From assembly GCA_045653225.1 (NCBI GenBank), contig JAZOLP010000043.1, forward strand, positions 1 through 40,108: a stretch of DNA of 40,108 nt. Reading direction: 5' to 3'. Under the pieces are notes generated by a model, which saw only the letters and a list, made by a program, of their open reading frames with translations, searched no databases and was not told the origin of the DNA. The stretch is from Bacilli bacterium (GTDB taxonomy: Bacteria; Bacillota_I; Bacilli_A; ML615J-28; CAG-313). This document shows positions 28,908 through 36,222 of this stretch, in pieces. A program made the position numbers and the translations under genes. Each line of letters opens with the position of its first letter. Position 1 is the stretch's first letter.

Positions 28908-29774
28908 ATGCAAACATTTTGTGGTAAAATTAGAAATGTTTATGAAGATGAACGAATCTTTGAAATATTATATAAAAAGCGCATATATCATTTTCGTTTA
29001 ACAAGAAGCCAAATGAAAAAGTTTGAACCGTATCTACAAGATGGTTTGTATGTCTTTTTTAAAGCTTTTGATGAAGAGAAGAAATACGGTCGTTTTAAAG
29101 CTTATGATGTAATTAATTTTATTAAACTTGTAAGACATGTAGGAAGAAAAACTATAGTTTATTATGATATACAAACTATTAAAGAAGGAGTAAGAAAATT
29201 ACTAAAAAAAGATGGTTATAGATTATTTCTCGATTTAGAGTTTACTATGCCTCCTTATAACTACACACATTCAACTAAAGATCAATTTTATTCTGAAATT
29301 GTTCAATATGGAATGTATTTAGAAGATGCAAATGGAAATATAATTGATTCATCTGAAGGTTTAATTAAACCAAAATGTAAATTAGGTATTAGTGATAGAA
29401 TGTTAGAATTTATTCACGTATCTAAAGAAAAATTAGAAAATGCTCCATATTATTCAAAATTTTATAATAGGCTAAGGGATTATATGATGTTTTATCAACC
29501 TACTATCTATGTATGGGGTAAAAATGATTATTTAATGATAGATAAATCATTCAATCTACATAATGTAAAACCTATTACTGAACGTAAACATTATGTTAAT
29601 TTAATGCAAATAATAAAGAATTATTATGGTATAAAAAATGATATTGGATTATATGCTGCATTTGAATTATTAGGTGCTAAACCTCCTCTTGAAGTTCAAG
29701 ATCATAATGCGTTACATGATGCTGCAGCAACTTTAGAGGTTTTCCACTTATTTGAAAACGAAATTAATAAATAA
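28908..29774 (+). CDS. KapD-like DEDDh 3'-5' exonuclease with an extra ~100-aa N-terminal domain
   Basis: FLDLEFTMPP (Exo I) and HNALHDA (Exo III, DEDDh). Residues 1-100 have no recognisable motif. Confidence 0.7.
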   Translation: MQTFCGKIRNVYEDERIFEILYKKRIYHFRLTRSQMKKFEPYLQDGLYVFFKAFDEEKKYGRFKAYDVINFIKLVRHVGRKTIVYYDIQTIKEGVRKLLKKDGYRLFLDLEFTMPPYNYTHSTKDQFYSEIVQYGMYLEDANGNIIDSSEGLIKPKCKLGISDRMLEFIHVSKEKLENAPYYSKFYNRLRDYMMFYQPTIYVWGKNDYLMIDKSFNLHNVKPITERKHYVNLMQIIKNYYGIKNDIGLYAAFELLGAKPPLEVQDHNALHDAAATLEVFHLFENEINK

Positions 29775-29809
29775 TTTAATATATAAAAATTTATAAGAAA
29801 GGAGGAACT

Positions 29810-31570
29810 ATGGAAAACAATAATAAAAATGTTTCTTTAGAAACTTCTAATAATAAAGAAAAATCAAAACAAAATAAAAAATATAAACAAAGAAAAAAAC
29901 CAGTTAAAAAAGAACATAATATTAAAGTGTATTCATTAGGTGGTTTGGGTGTTGTCGGCATGAATATGTATGTTGTTGAAGTAGACAATGAGATGATCAT
30001 AATGGATGCAGGTATCTTGTTTGCTGATGATGACGTACACGGCGTAAATTATATTATTCCTGATTTTTCACATTTAATCGAAAATGAAAATAAAATTGTT
30101 GGATTGTTTATTACGCATGGTCATGAAGACCATATAGGTGGACTTCCTTTTTTACTTCAAAAAGTTAAAATTCCAACAATTTATGCTGCAGGAATTGCAG
30201 TCCCATTAATTCAAAATAAATTATTAGAATTTCCTGATATTGAATATAATTTAGAAGAGTATACAAGTGATGATGTTTTTGAATTTAAAAATAGTAAAGT
30301 TTCATTCTTCAGAACAAATCATAGTATTCCCGATTCATATGGTATTGCTGTAAAAACAAGATATGGTTATGTAGTCAATACTGGAGACTTTAAGTTTGAT
30401 TTTAGTCCAATTGGCCATATGTCAGATTTTGATAAGATGACTAAACTTGGTAAAGATGGTGTTATATGTTTATTATCTGAAAGTACTAATGCAAACATAG
30501 ATGAATTTTCATCTAGTGAAAGAAAAATTGCTGAAACTTTAGATAGTTTGTTTCATCAAATTGAAGGAAGAATTATTGTAGCAACATTTGCATCCAATGT
30601 ATATCGTGTACAACAAATTATCGCTTCATCAATCGAATGTGGTAGAAAAGTCATAGTATTTGGGCATAGTATGGAAAAAACAATTGAAGCCGCAGTAAAA
30701 CTTAATTATATTGATGCTCCTAAAGGATGGATTTTAAGAGCAAGAGAACTTAAAAAAATTGATACTGAACATGTTACAATTCTTTGTACAGGATCTCAAG
30801 GTGAACCTTTAGCAGCTTTATCAAGAATTGCAGCTGGTACTCATAAACAAATTAAACTTCTACCAGATGATACTATCATTTATTCATCAAAACCTATTCC
30901 TGGTAATGAACAATTTATTAATAGAAATATTAATAATCTTGTACATGCTGGAGCACATGTAATTAAAAATAATCCACTTACAGATACTCATACTACTGGT
31001 CATGCTTCACAAAATGAACTTAGAATGATGTTATCTTTTATGAAACCAAAATATTTTGTACCTGTACATGGTGAATATTTTATGTTACGTAAACATGTAG
31101 AAATAGCATTAAGTTGTGGACTAGAAAAAGAAAACTGCTTTGTTCTTGCACCTGGTGATGTTTTGAAAATTAATTCAAAAGGTGCAAAAGTATTAAAAGA
31201 TGCTGTTAAAGCTTCAGATGTTTATTTAGATAGTGCTTTATCAGATGTTGATAGTAATGTTTTAAAAGATAGAAGAAAAATGGCTGATGAAGGGTTAGTT
31301 AGTATTACGTTCTTTATTAATAAGAAAAAACAAATTCTTAATAAACCTATAGTAACTTTAAATGGTTTTGCAACTCCAGAAAAAGCAGTTAAATTAATTC
31401 AAGTCATATCAGAAAAGAGTACAGAATTATATAATAATTTATTAGTTCAAAACCCAAATAATCAATATAATTTTATTGAAAAGCAAGTTTCTAATAGTAT
31501 TGGACAATTTATTTATAATAAAATGGATCGTAAACCTTTAATTGTTGTTTCTATTAAAAAGATTAGATAA
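29810..31570 (+). CDS. rnj: ribonuclease J
   Basis: Metallo-beta-lactamase HGHEDHIGG, beta-CASP, C-terminal domain. GGAGGAAC SD before ATG 29810. Confidence 0.92.
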   Translation: MENNNKNVSLETSNNKEKSKQNKKYKQRKKPVKKEHNIKVYSLGGLGVVGMNMYVVEVDNEMIIMDAGILFADDDVHGVNYIIPDFSHLIENENKIVGLFITHGHEDHIGGLPFLLQKVKIPTIYAAGIAVPLIQNKLLEFPDIEYNLEEYTSDDVFEFKNSKVSFFRTNHSIPDSYGIAVKTRYGYVVNTGDFKFDFSPIGHMSDFDKMTKLGKDGVICLLSESTNANIDEFSSSERKIAETLDSLFHQIEGRIIVATFASNVYRVQQIIASSIECGRKVIVFGHSMEKTIEAAVKLNYIDAPKGWILRARELKKIDTEHVTILCTGSQGEPLAALSRIAAGTHKQIKLLPDDTIIYSSKPIPGNEQFINRNINNLVHAGAHVIKNNPLTDTHTTGHASQNELRMMLSFMKPKYFVPVHGEYFMLRKHVEIALSCGLEKENCFVLAPGDVLKINSKGAKVLKDAVKASDVYLDSALSDVDSNVLKDRRKMADEGLVSITFFINKKKQILNKPIVTLNGFATPEKAVKLIQVISEKSTELYNNLLVQNPNNQYNFIEKQVSNSIGQFIYNKMDRKPLIVVSIKKIR

Positions 31571-31571
31571 A

Positions 31572-32357
31572 ATGAAAAAAATATTATTTTTTGATGTTGA
31601 TGGAACACTTCTAACACCTAAAAAAAGAATTGTAGAACAAGCAACAATAGATGTGTTAAAAGAATTATCAACGCATCCTGATATTGATTTATATTTATCT
31701 TCTGGAAGAGGAAGAGAAACACTACATGATGTTGAACATATTATTCCTTATTTTACAGGATTGAATTTAGCAAACGGTGGACATATAATAATTAATGATA
31801 AAACTTATTTAGATTGTATAGATAAAAATATAGTTGAAGAATTAGTAAAATTTATGATTACAAATAAGATTTCCTTCTCAGCTTCAACTGTAAATGGAAA
31901 TCTAAGAATGTATTTTAATGATGATATTAAAGCTTCATTTGATAAAAATGTACCATGTCCATATGTTCTACTAAAAGAAGAAGATACATTTTATTATGAT
32001 CAAGTAATTCAATTCTGGCTTTTAGGAAACAATGAAGAAATTGATTTAACTAAAGATGTATTTCCTAATTTAACATTTTTTAAATGGGGGGTATTCGGAG
32101 CTGATGTAATTCCTTGTAATAGGAACAAAGCTACTGGTATTAAAAAAATTGCTGATATCATGGGTTATGATATCAACTATACATATGCTTTTGGTGATTC
32201 TGATAATGATGTACCTATGTTTAATTTATGTAAAACAAGTGTAGTTATGGAAAAATGCACTCCTGCTGCAAAAAAAGCTGCAACTTATATTACTGGACCT
32301 ATTGAAGAAGGTGGTCTAGCTGCAGCTGTTAGAAAATATGTATTAAATGAAAAATAA
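31572..32357 (+). CDS. Cof-type HAD-IIB phosphatase
   Basis: FFDVDGTLL, SGR and GDSDNDVPMF motifs. Start re-set to ATG 31572. Confidence 0.85.
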   Translation: MKKILFFDVDGTLLTPKKRIVEQATIDVLKELSTHPDIDLYLSSGRGRETLHDVEHIIPYFTGLNLANGGHIIINDKTYLDCIDKNIVEELVKFMITNKISFSASTVNGNLRMYFNDDIKASFDKNVPCPYVLLKEEDTFYYDQVIQFWLLGNNEEIDLTKDVFPNLTFFKWGVFGADVIPCNRNKATGIKKIADIMGYDINYTYAFGDSDNDVPMFNLCKTSVVMEKCTPAAKKAATYITGPIEEGGLAAAVRKYVLNEK

Positions 32358-32385
32358 AGGATAGACTTAAGTCTATCCTTTTATT
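32353..32385. terminator. bidirectional terminator (cof/def)
   Basis: AAGGATAGAC-ttaa-GTCTATCCTT followed by TT.TT. Confidence 0.75.
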
Positions 32386-32962
32386 CATCTTCTTTGAAAA
32401 CAATAGGTTTTGAATTAGCTGGAATATTTTTAGGATCTAGTTTATTTGCACGATCAACAAATAATACACCATTTAAATGATCATATTCATGTTGGAAGAC
32501 AACTGCTAGATAACCTTTTAGTTTCATTCTTTTTTTCTCTAATTTACCTGTTTCTAAATCATAAAAATATGCTTCAAACATAATTCTTGCAGGTCTATGA
32601 ATATATGCATCGCATGGTCTATCAACTGATAAACATCCTTCACCACCTTCTAGGTATGTTAGTTCATCTGAATAACTTAGTAGTTTAGGATTAATTAATG
32701 CAAATTCATGTTCATTTCCGTTTTCATCAGGTGCAACAATTGCAATCATTTTTTTCAATATTCCTAATTGTGGAGCAGCAAGTCCTACAGCAGGACGTAA
32801 ATCATATTTTTGATTTAGCTCAGGATCACATGAATTATATACATATTCCATCATATCAATCATAAGTTGTTCATCTTCTTTACTGAGTGGAATTTGAACA
32901 TCTTTTGATTTCTCTTTTAATAATGGATTTCCTTCTCTTATAACATCTTTCATTGTAATCAT
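32381..32962 (-). CDS. def: peptide deformylase
   Basis: GVGLAAPQ-like GLAAPQLG, EGCLS and QHEYDHLNG motifs. Start re-set to ATG 32962, 5 nt after GGAGGTG. Confidence 0.93.
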   Translation of the reverse strand: MITMKDVIREGNPLLKEKSKDVQIPLSKEDEQLMIDMMEYVYNSCDPELNQKYDLRPAVGLAAPQLGILKKMIAIVAPDENGNEHEFALINPKLLSYSDELTYLEGGEGCLSVDRPCDAYIHRPARIMFEAYFYDLETGKLEKKRMKLKGYLAVVFQHEYDHLNGVLFVDRANKLDPKNIPANSKPIVFKEDE

Positions 32963-32987
32963 ATTTACACCTCCGATATATATATAT

Positions 32988-33016
32988 ATTATACTATAAA
33001 TTTTGTTTTTTTTCAA
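32988..33016 (-). promoter_or_regulatory. sigma-A type promoter of def
   Basis: The minus strand reads TTGAAA-17 nt-TATAAT. It lies inside the spurious N-terminal extension of the ORF-track call. Confidence 0.55.
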
Positions 33017-33028
33017 GAGAAGTAAAAT

Positions 33029-33059
33029 TAAAAAAAGACAATCAGTGATTGTCTTTTAA
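33029..33059 (-). terminator. intrinsic terminator of mscL
   Basis: AAGACAATC-agt-GATTGTCTT with a T-run on the minus strand. Confidence 0.7.
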
Positions 33060-33063
33060 TAAA

Positions 33064-33654
33064 TTATTTATTTAATAAATTAATTATTTCTACTAATAAT
33101 GCATTAGTTGAAGTTTCTTCTGCTTTTACTTTATCAGATGCAGCTTTTTCTTGTGCAGCTTTTTCAGCTTCAATTGCAGCTAGTTTTGCAGCTTCTTCTT
33201 TAGCAGCTTTTTCAGCAGCAAGTTCATCTTCTTTAATTTTAGCTTTAAGAGCTTCTAGTTTTTTATGAGTTTGATTAATTACTTTAATAATAATGAAGAT
33301 AATAGCAGCGATGAAAATAAAGTTAATAATTGCTTCAATTACAATACCCCAGTTTATATAAATACATTCAGGGTTAACAGAAGATGTAACAACTCCAGCG
33401 TCATCTGTTGAATAAATTAGATAAGGTTGTTTATTTAATACTGAAATTAATAATACTTCTTTACCACCAGTAATTAAATAAACAATATAGTTAACTAATG
33501 GTAAAAATACATGGTTAGTCAGTGAAGTTACAATTTTAGTAAATGCACTTGCTACAATAACGCCTGTTGCCATGTCAATAATATTGCCACGTGTAATAAA
33601 TTGTTTGAACTCAGCAAAAATGCCTGGTTTTTTTTCTTTTCTTTTTCTTGCCAT
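33064..33654 (-). CDS. mscL: large-conductance mechanosensitive channel MscL, extended form (196 aa)
   Basis: FKQFITRGNIIDMATGVIVASAF N-terminus/TM1. C-terminal ALLVEIINLL helix. ATG 33654 follows AGAGGTGA. Confidence 0.85.
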   Translation of the reverse strand: MARKRKEKKPGIFAEFKQFITRGNIIDMATGVIVASAFTKIVTSLTNHVFLPLVNYIVYLITGGKEVLLISVLNKQPYLIYSTDDAGVVTSSVNPECIYINWGIVIEAIINFIFIAAIIFIIIKVINQTHKKLEALKAKIKEDELAAEKAAKEEAAKLAAIEAEKAAQEKAASDKVKAEETSTNALLVEIINLLNK

Positions 33655-33715
33655 AAATATCACCTCTTTATGTGTATATTATATCATATTATTAAAAAAA
33701 GTTCAAATATAAATA

Positions 33716-33744
33716 ATAAAAAAAGGAGCTATTGCTCCTTTTTA
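33716..33744 (-). terminator. intrinsic terminator of the small yjcZ-like gene
   Basis: AAAAGGAGC-tatt-GCTCCTTTT immediately after the stop codon. Confidence 0.7.
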
Positions 33745-33882
33745 TTACCATCTTGCTGTTCCAATAATTACTAAAAGAATAAATAATACTAAGATTAAAG
33801 CATATCCATATCCTCCAAAGTTATTTCCACAAGTATTTGTTTGAGTTTGGCAGCAACCATATCCATAATTAGGTTGATACAT
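33745..33882 (-). CDS. YjcZ-family tiny sporulation membrane protein (45 aa), absent from the ORF track
   Basis: My own translation of the minus strand gives MYQPNYGYGCCQTQTNTCGNNFGGYGYALILVLFILLVIIGTARW. GGAGGTG lies 5 nt before the ATG, and the gene has its own terminator. A G/Y-rich head plus FALIVVLFILLIIVG-like tail typifies this family. Confidence 0.65.
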   Translation of the reverse strand: MYQPNYGYGCCQTQTNTCGNNFGGYGYALILVLFILLVIIGTARW

Positions 33883-33949
33883 TATTTCACCTCCTTTGTT
33901 AATAATGTATTCTAAAATAGTTTATATGTATCTTATGTTTGCCCATTAC

Positions 33950-33978
33950 TTGAAAAAAAGTGTTTTTTTTGATATAAT
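33950..33978 (+). promoter_or_regulatory. sigma-A type promoter
   Basis: TTGAAA-17 nt-TATAAT. Confidence 0.5.
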
Positions 33979-33994
33979 TTTGTTGGGTGATAAT

Positions 33995-34264
33995 ATGAAA
34001 GCAAAAACAGAAGAACAAATTGCCATTGATATTGACTATGAAACATTTACTACTGATGAAATAATTAAAATATTTGATTTTTTTAACTTAATATCTTTAT
34101 ATTGTAAAGGTGGAAAAGTTAAAAAGACTGATTTGATTAATGCATATCATACATATCGTAAAGTGTTAAATAGTATATCATTTGAAAAACGTTATAATAA
34201 AATGTTTGAAGATAAAACAGGTATTAAAATTTATCAAACTATGAGAGAATTAGAAAGTAAATAA
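33995..34264 (+). CDS. UPF0223 (YktA-like) small protein
   Basis: Start re-set to ATG 33995 (MKAKTEEQIAIDIDYE). The size (89 aa) and the pattern F..DEI..I..F..L......G.V...DL..AY..YRKV....S.EK..NK.FE..TG..IYQ recall YktA. Confidence 0.45.
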   Translation: MKAKTEEQIAIDIDYETFTTDEIIKIFDFFNLISLYCKGGKVKKTDLINAYHTYRKVLNSISFEKRYNKMFEDKTGIKIYQTMRELESK

Positions 34265-34277
34265 TCTAATTCTTTTT

Positions 34278-34493
34278 TTAATAGTTGCTTGAATCTGATT
34301 CTTTTTTAATAACTAGGTAATTCTCTATTCTATTAATCCTTTTTAGTAATTCATTGTTGATTCTTTTTAAATCATTAATTTGTTCATCATATCTAGATAA
34401 ATCGTAGGGATTTATGTTTTGATACTCCATTGGATTATATTGATTTTGATAATATTGGTTTGGATTAAACATCCTTTTATTATTGTTAAACAC
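34278..34493 (-). CDS. hypothetical 71-aa protein: Q/N/Y/P-rich head and coiled-coil tail (possibly spore-associated)
   Basis: GTG 34493 lies 6 nt after GGAGG. Composition NPNQYYQNQYNPMEYQNINPYD, then DLKRINNELLKRINRIENYL. Confidence 0.55.
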   Translation of the reverse strand: MFNNNKRMFNPNQYYQNQYNPMEYQNINPYDLSRYDEQINDLKRINNELLKRINRIENYLVIKKESDSSNY

Positions 34494-34534
34494 GCTATTC
34501 CTCCTAAATTTTGATAAAATTTATTTATCTACTT

Positions 34535-34561
34535 TAAGATATGATAAATAAAATAAAATGT
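34535..34561 (-). promoter_or_regulatory. candidate sigma-K type promoter (minus strand)
   Basis: The minus strand reads AC-16 nt-CATATCTTA. Confidence 0.3.
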
Positions 34562-34573
34562 TACAAAATAGTA

Positions 34574-34600
34574 ACATCAAATAATTAATTTCATATTTTA
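34574..34600 (+). promoter_or_regulatory. candidate sigma-K type promoter (plus strand) for ylbD-ylbE
   Basis: AC-16 nt-CATATTTTA, 17 nt before the ATG. Confidence 0.3.
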
Positions 34601-34617
34601 ATAACAGAGGTGAAAAA

Positions 34618-34983
34618 ATGAGTAGAATTGATGAATTTAGAGACTTCGTTAGAAAGCATCCGTTAATAAAAAATGATGTTTTTAGTGGAAATAAAACTTG
34701 GCAATCGGTTTATGAAGATTGGGTGTTATTAGGAGAAGATGATTCTATTTGGGAAAGTTATAAAAAAGAAGATAAAATTGATAATTTAGGAAATAAAAAA
34801 ATAGATGATTTGTTGACTACTACTAATATCAAAAATATAGTTGAATATGTAAAGAAGATCAATCCAGATTCTATTAGTAAAACTTTAAATACGGTTCAAA
34901 AAGTGTTACAAATAACTCAAAGTTTTGGTTCGAAACCAAGCCCTGGACTTTATAACGCTAATTACAATAGTTGGTGGGATTAG
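34618..34983 (+). CDS. ylbD: YlbD-like putative spore coat protein
   Basis: EFRDFVRKHP...KTWQSVYEDWVLLGEDDSIW parallels the B. subtilis YlbD N-terminus. AGAGGTGA SD. Confidence 0.65.
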   Translation: MSRIDEFRDFVRKHPLIKNDVFSGNKTWQSVYEDWVLLGEDDSIWESYKKEDKIDNLGNKKIDDLLTTTNIKNIVEYVKKINPDSISKTLNTVQKVLQITQSFGSKPSPGLYNANYNSWWD

Positions 34984-35207
34984 TGAAGGCTGAAATATTA
35001 AATAAAATATATTCAAATGATTTATATCTCACATATTTAAGATATCATCCTAATTGGTATATTGTCTTGAATAATAATCCAAATGCATATAGTAGTTTTG
35101 AACGTGAAATTAAAACAAATTTAAAGATTACAACGGCTGATAAAATAGATAATTTTAGGAAACAAGTAGATTTTTTAAATGGTATTATAAAATATTTATC
35201 TCATTAG
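34983..35207 (+). CDS. ylbE: YlbE-like protein
   Basis: The YLRYHPNWYIVLNNNPNAYSSFE pattern and its position after ylbD. A GTG at 34983 overlaps the ylbD TAG (TAGTG), with GGTGGG upstream. The start is uncertain (34971-34983). Confidence 0.55.
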   Translation: MKAEILNKIYSNDLYLTYLRYHPNWYIVLNNNPNAYSSFEREIKTNLKITTADKIDNFRKQVDFLNGIIKYLSH

Positions 35208-35227
35208 AAAGTGTCAAGGTAAAATAC

Positions 35228-35256
35228 TTGACACCACTGTATAAAAGTGTTATAAT
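35228..35256 (+). promoter_or_regulatory. consensus sigma-A promoter of rpsP
   Basis: TTGACA-17 nt-TATAAT, a perfect consensus. Confidence 0.7.
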
Positions 35257-35288
35257 ATTATAGAATTAATTATGGAGGTACAATTATT

Positions 35289-35555
35289 ATGGTTAAATTA
35301 AGAGCACAAAGATTTGGTTCAAAGAAAAGTCCTTTCTATCGTATCGTTGCTACAGATTCTCGTAATCCTAGAGATGGTCGTTTTATTGAAGTAGTTGGTA
35401 CTTATAATCCTTTAACTAACCCTGCTACTGTTAATTTTGATGCAGAAAAAGTTCAAAAATGGTTAGCTAATGGTGCAAAACCTACTGACACAGTTAAAAC
35501 TTACTTAAAACAACAAGGGCTTCTTTCAGCTGCTGATAAGAAAGAAACTAAATAG
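35289..35555 (+). CDS. rpsP: 30S ribosomal protein S16
   Basis: [41 protein letters not shown]. Confidence 0.97.
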   Translation: MVKLRAQRFGSKKSPFYRIVATDSRNPRDGRFIEVVGTYNPLTNPATVNFDAEKVQKWLANGAKPTDTVKTYLKQQGLLSAADKKETK

Positions 35556-35563
35556 GTGGCAAA

Positions 35564-35818
35564 ATGGGCTCAGTTGATTATGCTGTTTTAATTGCAGGAT
35601 TAATCAAGCCTTTAGTAACACATCCAGAATCAGTAGTTGTTAATGTTGAAGTTAACGAGTCTGAAATTAAAGCATTTGCTTTAGTGCATAAAGATGATCT
35701 TGGTCGTGTTATTGGTAAAAAGGGCCGTGTTGCTGGGGCAATTAGAACTTTAGCACATGCTGCTGCAATTAGAAACAAAGAAACTGTTGAAATCGAATTC
35801 AATAGCTTAGAAGACTAG
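35564..35818 (+). CDS. ylqC: KH-domain RNA-binding protein YlqC/KhpA
   Basis: LGRVIGKKGRVAGAIRTL GxxG KH motif. Lies downstream of rpsP. Confidence 0.9.
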   Translation: MGSVDYAVLIAGLIKPLVTHPESVVVNVEVNESEIKAFALVHKDDLGRVIGKKGRVAGAIRTLAHAAAIRNKETVEIEFNSLED

Positions 35819-35820
35819 AA

Positions 35821-35854
35821 AAATAGATGCTAATCATTTAGCATCTTTTTTTTC
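35821..35854 (+). terminator. strong intrinsic terminator after ylqC
   Basis: AGATGCTAA-tcat-TTAGCATCT followed by T8. Confidence 0.85.
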
Positions 35855-35861
35855 TATTTTT

Positions 35862-35890
35862 TTGAATTTTATCATATAATGTAGTATAAT
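35862..35890 (+). promoter_or_regulatory. sigma-A type promoter of the arsR-ATPase unit
   Basis: TTGAAT-17 nt-TATAAT. Confidence 0.55.
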
Positions 35891-35916
35891 ATAAACATAT
35901 CTAAATATGTATATAT
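35889..35916. promoter_or_regulatory. candidate ArsR/SmtB operator (12-4-12 inverted repeat)
   Basis: ATATAAACATAT-ctaa-ATATGTATATAT, 11 of 12 positions complementary. It starts at the last two bases of the -10. Confidence 0.45.
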
Positions 35917-35930
35917 GTTAGGAGAACAAT

Positions 35931-36221
35931 ATGGAAATAACAAATAAATTAAATATTAATGATCTTACAATGATCTATTCCGCATTAGGGGAAGAAAATA
36001 GACTTGCTATTGCTATATATTTATTAGAAAACCCTTCAAATGTGAATGATATCAGTAAAAATTTAAATCTTAGTCAACCTAAGGTTTCACATCATTTAAG
36101 AATTCTAAAAGATAGTAAAGTAGTAAAAGCTACAAAAAATGGTAAAAATGTAATATATGACATCGATGATAAACATATTGAAGAAATTATTAAGCTTGGC
36201 TTAATTCATATGGAGTGTTAA
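35931..36221 (+). CDS. ArsR/SmtB-family metalloregulator
   Basis: wHTH (NVNDISKNLNLSQPKVSHHLRILKDSKVV). The C-terminal DKH-x10-HMEC resembles the alpha-5 Zn site DxH-x10-HxxE. Confidence 0.85.
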   Translation: MEITNKLNINDLTMIYSALGEENRLAIAIYLLENPSNVNDISKNLNLSQPKVSHHLRILKDSKVVKATKNGKNVIYDIDDKHIEEIIKLGLIHMEC

Positions 36222-36222
36222 T

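Noticed and set aside
29791-30000. 69-aa minus-strand ORF over the rnj start
   Set aside because: It is antisense to the Lys-rich rnj N-terminus (poly-A/T codons give an F/L-rich artefact), and it has no SD.
32976-32989. (AT)7 dinucleotide repeat in the def 5' UTR as a phase-variation tract
   Set aside because: It lies downstream of the -10 and upstream of the SD, so length changes would not alter promoter spacing or the reading frame. Short TA runs are expected in DNA this AT-rich.
34246-34279. Hairpin AGAATTAG-12 nt-CTAATTCT plus T7 after the yktA-like gene, considered as a strong terminator
   Set aside because: It probably does act as a shared terminator for the convergent genes, but the 12-nt loop and the A/T-rich 8-bp stem make it weak. 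I did not list it as a confident feature.
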